Assembly: GCA_964016885.1 (NCBI GenBank)
Contig: OZ024742.1
Location: 94,612,001-94,676,000, forward strand
From: Eledone cirrhosa
Taxonomy: Eukaryota
Length of the DNA: 64,000 bases
Direction of reading: 5' to 3'
In this document: one piece after another, positions 54,160-64,000 of the stretch
Layout of the letters: each line of letters opens with the position of its first letter
How positions within the stretch are numbered: position 1 is the stretch's first letter
Translations under genes and position numbers: made by a program
The notes under the pieces: generated by a model
Seen by the model: the letters and a program-made list of their open reading frames with translations, nothing else
The model's database searches: none
Told to the model about the DNA's origin: nothing

Positions 54160-57100
54160 TGATCATCATCATCATTTTACGCCCGCTTTTCCCTGCTTGC
54201 AAGGGTGGGACGGGTCTTATTCTCCACTCGTCACGGTCCCTCGTCATCTCCACCGTGAGCTTCAATGATCTGAGGTCTGTTCTCACCACCTCCGCCCATA
54301 TTTTTCGTGGTCTACCTCTACCACGTCTTCCTTCAACTGGCATTTCCTGGCACTTCTTCACCCATCGGTCATCCTCCATGCGCATCACATGTCCATACCA
54401 CCTCAGTCTCCTCTCCCGTACACTACATTCTATCCCTCTCAGACACAGTTTCTCTCTCAACACATTTATGCTGGGTCGTTCACGCACATTTACACTGCAC
54501 ATCCAACGGAGCATGCTTGCCTCATTTCTCTCCAGCCGTTGCATATCCTCTGCGGTTGCTGCCCATGTCTCACTACCATGCAGCATCGCGCTCCTCACAC
54601 AGGCATCATACAACCGGCCTTTCGTACGCAGGGAGAAACCCTTCTTCGTCAACAGAGGAAGCAGCTCCCTAAACTTCTTCCAACCCGTCATTATTCTAGA
54701 TACTATGGCCTCGGAACTCCCTCCTCCCATGCTAATCTGATCTCCTAGGTATCGGAAGCTATCCACCACTTCTATAGCGCCCTCTCGCATTTGAAAAATG
54801 TGTCTATCAGTGCGACTTCTACTGTCTAATTTCCCTGTACATCTACTGCATACATATTTCTCCCTGCCTGTTAGTTTGCCTGCTATCCCGCTACATCTCT
54901 TGTGTACCCAGGACCTGCATTGTGTGCATTTTATAGAATTTATGCCAGTTCCTTTTCTGCATATCGAACATGGCCATTTCCCTGACGGAATCAGGGTTTT
55001 GTTCCCTTTTCTACTCATCAACACTTTTGTCTTAGCTAGATTTACTCTCAGTCCTCTTGCTTCCAACTGCTGTTTCCATAGCCGGAATTTATTCTCTAGC
55101 TCCTCTACTGATTATGCTATAAGAGCCAGATCGTCAGCATAGAGAAGTTCCCATGGACAGCCAGTCTTAAACTCCTCTGTTATGGCTTGGAGGACTATAA
55201 TGAACAAGAGCGGGCTGAGGACCGAACCCTGATGTACTCCTACTTGTATCTGGAATTCCTCACTAAACTCCATTCCTACCCTGACTTTACTGAGAGTACC
55301 TCTGTACAAAGTTTGCACTGTCCTCACAAGCCATTCCTGAACACCTAGCTTCCTTAGGGACCACCAGATGACAGATCGGGGTACCCTATCAAAGGCCTTC
55401 TCTAGGTCAACAAAGGCTAAGTATAGTGGCTTATTCTTCTCTAAGAACCTCTCTTGCATTTGTCTCACCAAGAAGAGGGCATCTGTTGTACTCTTCCCAG
55501 GCACAAAACCAAACTGCATCTCATCTAGTTTGACCCTTTCTCTAATTAGTTGTGCTAAAATCCTTTCTGCCACTTTCATAACCTGATCTATCAATTTTAT
55601 ACCCCTATAAGTGCTCCTCTCCAAAGCATCCCCTTTACCTTTGTAGCAATTTATGAGAATACTGCTGCACCAGTCTTTGGGTATGACACCACCATATATA
55701 GCCTGATTGATGATGCGTGCAACCAGTTTAGTGCCTACGTCCCCTGATGCCTTCAGCATCTCAGCAACTATTCCCGATGGTCCGGCCGCCTTACCATTTT
55801 TCATTTCCCTAATCGCCTCTTGGACCCTATATTCGTCAATCTCAATAGCTGGTCCCTCTGTCGGATCTACCAAGGGTAATTTCTCTCTCTCCCATTCGTT
55901 CTCCACATGTATCAGTCTCTCATAATGACATTTCCAGGCCTCCTTTTTCTGGTCATTCGTGACACTAAGTACACCGGCATCATCCCGGACACATTTATCT
56001 CCAACAACATCCTGATTTGCATTGACACACTGCCTTGCAATGTGGAACACCGCACGCCTCTGATCTTCCCGTCGCAAGACATTGGCAAACCTCCTACTCT
56101 CTGCCTCCCTGCGTGCTAAGTACACCTGACGTCTAGCTTCTCTCTTAGTGGCTGTATATTCTTCCCTACTCCCACCCTTTTTCCAAGCCTTCCATGCTAG
56201 TCTTTTGTCTCTAATAGCCTTATCTACTGTGCTGTTCCACCACCAGGTCACTCTCTGTCTGGTTGGAGCTCTGCTCCAGCCACAGGTTTCTTCAGTAGCC
56301 TGCAGCAAGTTGTCACGTAAGAACTTCCAGTTATTATCTATGTCATACGTCTCTAAATCGTCTTCTTTTTCATCATATACATCTTGAAGGGCTTTCCTAA
56401 ATTTGTATTTTAGTGAAAGGTCTTTTAGCTTCCAGACCTTTCTTCTGCACACCTTCCTATATGTCTCATTCCATCTCTTGCTTACTGAGATATCACTAAC
56501 AACTAACCTATGCTGTGGGGTACATTCTTCCCCAGGGTATGCCTTGGTATTAGACACTATCTGCCTGTCCCGCTGCCTAACTAGCAGGAAGTCAATCTGG
56601 CTTATGTGCTCACCAGATTTGTAGGTTATTAGGTGATTGGTAGGTTTCTGGAAGTTTGTGTTGCAAATAGTCAATGTACTCGCATCACAAAATTCAAGAA
56701 GTCTCACTCCTTCTTAATTTCTTGAACCGTAACCGTGCCCACCATGTACCCCAGTGTAACCATCCTGGAGCTGTCCAACATGACCATTGAAGTCTCCTGC
56801 TAGCATAACGATGTCTCCGTCCTCTGTCATTGTGGTTGTTTGCAAAAGTTGCTCATAAAAGCAGTCTTTCTCATCTTTGCCCAGGCCTGCTTGGGGAGCA
56901 TAGACCGAGATGATTGTCAGTAGTCTCCTACCTACAACTAATCTAAGCTTAATTATTCGATTACTAACTCGAACTACCTCTATTGTCTTATTGATCCATT
57001 TCTCAGCCAGGAAAATGCCTACTCCCCCTAGCCCATCATCCTTACCTACCCAGAATAGCTTATAGCTGAGACGCCTGCCTACGACTAATCTCGCAGAGGC

Positions 57101-57235
57101 ACCTCTCCATCTCACCTCTTGCACGCAGCACACATCCACATGCCTTCTCTCCAGCATCTCCGCTATTTCAGCAGATCTACCTCTGAGAGTGCCAACATTA
57201 AGTGTTGCAACTCTGTGATGCGACGTCTTCATATT
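54160..57235 (-). mobile_element. Near-full-length RTE LINE subfamily B (APE + RT + PHD-like finger), two in-frame stops
   Basis: ORFs 56714..57232, 55112..56707 and 54053..55066 share one frame; same motifs as subfamily A but clearly diverged; (ATG)n tail at ~54160-54175. Confidence 0.95.
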
Positions 57236-57252
57236 TTGTTGTTGTTCCTATG

Positions 57253-57702
<450 letters not shown>

Positions 57703-57735
57703 TATATATATATGCAAATATATATATATAGCTGC

Positions 57736-57768
<33 letters not shown>

Positions 57769-58586
57769 TACGGAGCTCAGCCGTCGGGGTCCTGACTCTT
57801 TTCCTATTACATACATATACATCTATATCTATATAACTGCATATATATTTGTGCTTAATTTTATTTTTTTTATAAATACATAATCACACATATAATGTAT
57901 ATGAGCATGTACATAGATGTAAATGCATGATTATGTGAGTATTCAGATATCACATACATTAATTTCAGACCCACTGGCATACACACACATATATGTAACA
58001 TTATCAACAAAATGATATTACCTTTGTTTGTTGCTTTTTAACTGAAATATATCTAACATAAAACAACAAAGAACACGAAAACTAAACAGCCATACAATAA
58101 GAAACAAACACCCCGTTCCAGTCTTTGAGAAGAACATCGTTGAAAAGCAATGTGTGATCTTAGTACAATTTTTTTATTTGGATTTCTTTTAATATTCATG
58201 TGATTTTATTTACTTATTATATGATATGAGCCGATAGTAAGGAGGGTGGGTCGGCACCAGTGCTTATGTTGTCACACAGTTCCAGATATGTTATAGATTT
58301 GTGGAAATATGTAAATGATAAAAGCCAAAAGAAAGATGTTGACTTTGACTTTTATTGTAATAAGGTTTGAAGGTTTGACAATTTCTAAGATTCATCCAAA
58401 GAATATGTACAAATTGGCTGTGAATTCTAAAGAAACCATATATGTGCGTGTGTGTGTGTGAAAGAGAGAAAGAGAAAAAGAGAAGGAAATAGAAAGAGAA
58501 GGAAATAGCGAACATATTTTTTCTATTTAAATATGGCTTCAGTAAAAATGTAAAAATCATAAAACCTTTATATGACAGTATATATG

Positions 58587-58622
<36 letters not shown>

Positions 58623-58624
<2 letters not shown>

Positions 58625-58990
58625 AGGGCGGGTAAAATTCCCGAGATCCATGGACGAGTTCTCTCCAGCGGTCTCTGTCCCTCATTATCGCTGCCATGTC
58701 TTGTGTCTCCAACAGACCAGTGTCAGTGCTTAGGGCATCAACATACATTAACCTTGGTCTTCCTCGTCCAGTGTGTCTATGTAGGGGCTCGCACAAGAGC
58801 ACTGAGTGCAATGTCAACTCTGGTTGTTGGTGAGCATGTCCAGCTAACCTCAATCTCCTCTGTATCACTTTTGAGCTGACTTTTGGGAGGCTTCCATACA
58901 GCTCTGAGTTTTTCATCCTCAGTGTATACTGATTAATGTTCAGAGCCATCCTCAGCATTCTCGTGTAGCACTCATCCACCATCCTAGTGA
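58623..58990 (-). mobile_element. 3' fragment of a third RTE-group LINE
   Basis: VDECYTRMLRMALNI...NSELYGSLPKVS...RRLRLAGHA...GRGRPRLMYVD...MRDRDRWRELV. Confidence 0.8.
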
Positions 58991-59456
58991 TATATATATA
59001 TAATGGCGTAGCCATACAATTCAACAGGAGGAAACAATAGCACCACTGACGATGTTGCAGATGTACAACAAAAGATTTATGATAAACTATATATATGTGT
59101 TTGTGTCTATATTGTATCTGTATTATTTTTGACCGTCGGTCAGTCAATGGCAACATTGAGGACCGAGTATATTAGATTACCGATATAAAAGACACATAAG
59201 CAAAAAGCGAAAACCAACCAAACAGTGAGTGTGTTCTGTTATTAATTCTGGCAATATTACACAAATATGACCCTCCCCAAGTATAACGATATTTGTTTCG
59301 ACACACGATTTCATATAAAAAACCTCGCAAAACTAATTCATCGCCGTTACATATATATATATATTAATTTTTAAACATTATATATATGTGTGTGTGTGTA
59401 TAGATATATAGATATATATTTAAGCATTATATATATATCATATATATATATATATA

Positions 59457-59504
<48 letters not shown>

Positions 59505-59516
59505 TATATATATATA

Positions 59517-59623
<107 letters not shown>

Positions 59624-59739
59624 AAATATATATATATATATATAAATATAATATATATATGCATTATATATATATATATATATATGCATATATATATATA
59701 TATATATATCCATATATATATGCATATATATATATATAA

Positions 59740-60772
59740 GTAGCAGCAAGTGCCCACAGAATACTAGCTCTTTCAACTGCGCAGAGGGTTCTATAGAAAT
59801 AGTGGACAGCTTCCGTTACCTGGGTGACAAAATCAGCAGTGGGGGAGGGTGCTCTGAAAGTACAGTAGCTAGAGTCAGAACTGGATGGAAAAAGTTCAGA
59901 GAGCTTATACCGCTATTAGCCGCTAAAGGGTTCTCCCTAAAAATGAAAGGCAGGTTGTACGATGCCTGCATACGAACAGCAATGTTGCATGGCAGTGAGA
60001 CCTGGGCATTGTGTGCAGAGGATATACGCAGACTAGAGAGAAACGAAGCTTGCATGCTCCGCTGGATGTGTAATAGTAATATACGTGAACGGCAAAGCAT
60101 AAACGAACTAAGGAAAAAATTTGAAATAAGAGGGATCAGATGTTGTTTACTCGAGAGAAGGCTACGTTGGTATGGTCACGTGATGCGCATGAAGGACGAT
60201 AGCTGTATAACAAAGTGCAGGGCAATAAAGATAGACGGTAACCACGGAATAGGCAGACCCAGAAAAGCCTGGGACGAGCTGATAAATTCCGACCTCACAC
60301 ACTTACACCTCACCAAGACAATGTCACTGGACCGAGACCTTTGGCGGTACTCAGTAATAGAGAAGACCCGCCTTACCTAAATACAAAGTAAAACCTACTA
60401 CAGTCAGTAGGCATCTCTAACAAAATACACCCCCGTCCCACCACTCCCACCCCATCCACACCGCCCCTTTCAATGTAAAGTTATGTTGGTGCCACAACAT
60501 CCAGGCCGAAACAAATGAGATCGTGTCGGTGTCACGTCAAAAAACACACAGTTCACGCTGTAATGTGGCCGTGTAGGCAACACGGTAAAAACCTCCCAGC
60601 CCCACACTGTAAATGTGGTTGGTGTTAGGAAGGGCATCCAGCTGTAGAAAATCCGCCAGATAGTCCTATGCGAGCAAGATAACCACTCTTGCCTCAAGTG
60701 GGAAAACCCCCGTCCAAACCCATGCAAGCGTGGAACACGGACGTTAAACGATGATGATGATGATAATGATGA
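59740..60772 (+). mobile_element. 5'-truncated RTE LINE subfamily A
   Basis: ORF 59802..60380 is nearly identical to the C-terminus of 29588..31555; same 3' UTR and tail. Confidence 0.95.
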
Positions 60773-60899
60773 TATATATATATATATATATGCATATATA
60801 TATATATATATATGCATATAACAACATGCTAAGCTGTTTCATTGCGAATATTGTTTTTCGTAGTAGAAATACCAACAACAAGAATGACGACAAATAATT

Positions 60900-61105
60900 G
60901 TTTCTACTTTAGGCAGAAGGCCAACAATTTTGGTGGTAGGGAAAAGTTGATTAAATCAACCTCAGTGTGACACTGGTACTTTATTTTAGCAACCCCATAA
61001 AGATGAAATGCAAAGTGAGACTTGAACTCAGAACATATAGAGATGTAACTCTATGCCACAAAAAATGGTGTCCATCACTGTACTAATACTGCCAATCCAC
61101 CACCT
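60900..61105 (-). mobile_element. Degenerate Meta-domain SINE
   Basis: Same layout as 46093-46277. Confidence 0.65.
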
Positions 61106-62169
61106 TTATGTATTATTAATAATAATAACAATAATGCTGATATAGTTATCACACCAGGAAACTGTTCACAAAACACAGAGTATAACAATCTGTTTTGAAT
61201 AAATTGGGGCATGCTTGTCCAAACTGAATGAAGAGACCACAGTGAATCAGACATACACTTACATATAGACGAACAGAAATTTGCATCTTTACCTCATCAG
61301 CCACATTGCTGGCATGCAATTTCGTGCAGTATATATTGGGGCATTATCCTTCATATGACGAGCAATTTTTGTTGTATACATTTGTCATAATAAGTAAATA
61401 TATAAAATATATATAAATATATAAAAAAAGAAGTATATATATGTATGCAAAATATATATTGATAAATAAAATCACCTAGTCTGCATATAGATTATGCTCA
61501 AATACTATAGCATTTGAAACAAACTAACAATTGGAAAAAAGGAATATTTTCACATGCACCCAAACATACACACACACACTAAGACACATGCACAAATACA
61601 CACACACACAAACATGCATACAGAGACACATATATAATTCATCAAAAGAAATCAAGAAATGGTGAAAAGGGAATGCGACTTCATACAAATGCTTAATAGA
61701 TGACAATTACTTGTGTGCGTGTGTCTGTGTATGTGCATGTGTATACACATCACTGTAGTGTTTGCTTGTCTATCAGTTTCTCTTATTGTTTGCCTGCCTG
61801 CCACTCTGCTCAGAATGTATACTCCTCTTTCAGTCTATATGTAAATTTATCTTTCTCTTTTATTCTCTCTCTATATTGTCAAATGTAACATATAACCAAC
61901 AACCAACACACATCAGGTATTCTATATTAGAAATTATCAAGAAAAGGAATGATAGTTTATCTATTTTGAAGTGATAGTCATTCATCTTATAAAGACATCA
62001 CCAAGAAAGAAATGTTGAAATCAATAAAGTGCATAGATCTTGACATAGAAATCAGCAGAACGTGTTTTGTCTCTAATCTCTACAATCATTTGCTCTTGGT
62101 CTATGCAATATGGGTTCAAATCTTGATTATTTAGCAGAAAAATATCTAGAAAGAGATTTGTTAATACAA

Positions 62170-62426
62170 TCGTGTAGGTGTCACGACAAAAAAAAACACA
62201 CAGTCCCCACGCTGTAATGTGGCCATGAAGGCAACACGGTAAAAACCTCCCAGCCCCACACTGTAAATGTGGTTGGTGTTAGGAAGGGCATCCAGCTGTA
62301 GAAAACCCGCCAGACAGTCCTACGCGAGCAAGACAATCACTCTTGCCTCAAGTGGGAAATCTCCCGTCTAAACCCATGCAAGCGTGGAACACAGACGTTA
62401 AACGATGATGATGATGATGATGATGA
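62170..62426 (+). mobile_element. RTE subfamily A, 3' UTR-only insertion
   Basis: Matches 31700-31957. Confidence 0.9.
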
Positions 62427-62599
62427 AATGTTTAAATCTTTATGAGAGAACAGAAAAGTGAAAATTTACAGCATTAGAGTAAAGATTATAATTTTTAATA
62501 TGATGCAGTCATAATGATGTCATAACTGAAATGTTCTACGATTCACAAACATTTATTTACAATAATTTATAACTTTGCCTATTAATCCGTATGGTGAGC

Positions 62600-62905
62600 A
62601 AATGGGGTCCCCCGTGCTGGCCTCCCCACAGCCCCGGCGGACAGGATGGAGAAGGCGTTTCCCTGGAGGATGGTAAGGGAGATGCGCTGGAAGAGCCATT
62701 CCAACTCGCAAGGCTCATAGCTGTGGCTGGCTAGTTCAGCGTCTATGGTGGTGAATAGGAAGGTAGCCCTAGGGCCAAGGACACCAGAAGTCTCCACTGC
62801 CAAGGGCACGACTGCAAATCTATCAGAGAGCGACCAGTACTTGGAGAGTTTGGCTTCCTCAGTCCGATGTGCAGCAGTACCTGGGTTAGTCGCAGACTGC
62901 ACCAA
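62600..62905 (-). mobile_element. CRE-clade-like non-LTR retrotransposon C-terminal (RLE) fragment
   Basis: AAHRTEEAKLSKY...VVPLAVETSGVLGPRA...WLFQRISLTILQGNAFSIL; GC-rich island in AT-rich DNA. Confidence 0.7.
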
Positions 62906-63724
62906 ACTATTGTTTATAGAGCATTCACAGTTACACGCATAAAAAAAATCAATAAAAAAACTATATAATTACAGTAAACGAGTAAACCAAACACGCAACA
63001 GTAATGTAAACACTTATTGAGTCGGTGAAATATTTATAATAATTTTAGTAGTGTACAGATCATTGCGAAAATTTGCAGTAAACTAAAGTAAAATGTTTGA
63101 CTTGTATTGTGATGCAATTCATAGTGGTATTTTATACTTTACCAGAATATCTTGCTAATATGGGTTTATATAGTACAGGATGTTAAGAATAAATCCTTTC
63201 AGAGTTGATAAAACAAAGTATCAGTCTGGAGAAGTGGATTGATATAACTGTTAAAGCACTGGACAAGATGCTTTGTGGCATTTGTTCTGGCTCATTGTGT
63301 TGCTTGTGCTTTGCAATGGGGGACTTAATCCATAATTCAGTTTCACATCACCTGGTTTTATATACCTTTAGTTTACTCATCCTATTGTAAGCATACCGCA
63401 AGGTGTTAAGTTTAATGAAAATGTCCTCCCTTCCTCCAACAGTCATGAAGTTCCTGAAAGGAAAAAATTATCTTGAGCCTTGCCCTTCCCTCCATGACTC
63501 AAACTCCAAGAGTTTTTAAGTTAATTTCATTGACTTATAGGCTTCATAGACATTATGGGGAGTATTTTGATTCAAATCCTTTTAATTGTATTTTATGACA
63601 TGCAGGGATATTGTGTAACTATTCTAAATATATCATCATCATAGGTGTTTAACATTTGTTTTCCCTGCTATAATTATGTATATATGTGTGTATATATATA
63701 CAATATATATATATATATATAATT

Positions 63725-64000
63725 TTATCCCGGGTTCAATCGGGGGTAACCACAGTAAGTAAGGTACTCAATACATAGCAGAGTATAAATATTTAATATA
63801 GAAATGTCTTCTACTGGACTAGAACTGTTTCATTCAGGAGAAATCATTAGGAAGAACTGTATTGAATACCTTACTTACTGTGGTTATCCCCGATTGAACC
63901 CGGGCTAAACTTATTTTTTAACACTTACTGTGCCCTCTTAACCATAAAAAAGGGCTTCCTGATGATTTCTCCTGAATGAAACAGTTCTAGTCCTGTGGAA
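63725..64000. repeat. Inverted pLTR-like repeat with two degraded HHR copies (63808-63854 -, 63955-64000 +)
   Basis: 63725-63770 is inverted at ~63860-63908. cttc CTGATGA tttctcctgaat GAAA cagttctagtcctg TG gaa is the same family as 32241-32293; runs off the window. Confidence 0.75.

Noticed and set aside
59283-59350. Minus-strand GCGATGA...GAAAcaaatatcgttat HHR-like motif
   Set aside because: The core is corrupted and stem III is absent.
61255-61390. Possible minus-strand host exon ending at a GTAAGT donor
   Set aside because: No convincing acceptor, stops in the candidate frames, and no recognisable protein.

Overview
AT-rich eukaryotic DNA made almost entirely of repeats, with no host protein-coding exon I can support. 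The repeat mix (CORE- and Meta-domain tRNA SINEs, RTE LINEs with (GAT)n tails, abundant (TA)n) suggests a coleoid cephalopod such as an octopus; this is inference. The window holds two near-full-length RTE LINEs of different subfamilies (28.3-32.0 kb +, 54.2-57.2 kb -), each broken only by two in-frame stops and each with a PHD-like finger inside the RT region, plus many 5'-truncated copies. It also holds a Penelope-like element (PLE) with RT, GIY-YIG and inverted pLTRs (32.6-36.8 kb), two other PLE fragments, an internally deleted mariner, a decayed hATm transposase, two head-to-tail non-autonomous Helitrons, and CR1/Zenon, R4/Dong-like and CRE-like fragments. The most notable signal is invisible in the ORF track: about a dozen hammerhead ribozyme (HHR) motifs read by eye in several unrelated non-coding repeats. 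They include a tandem ~460-bp retrozyme-like array with a canonical minimal HHR in each full unit, and two families with a U3:A8 variant core. Two further highly structured tandem repeats (~695 and ~548 bp) have no recognisable ribozyme, and one shows a compensatory base-pair change between copies. All folds and alignments were done by eye, and element boundaries are approximate unless termini are quoted.
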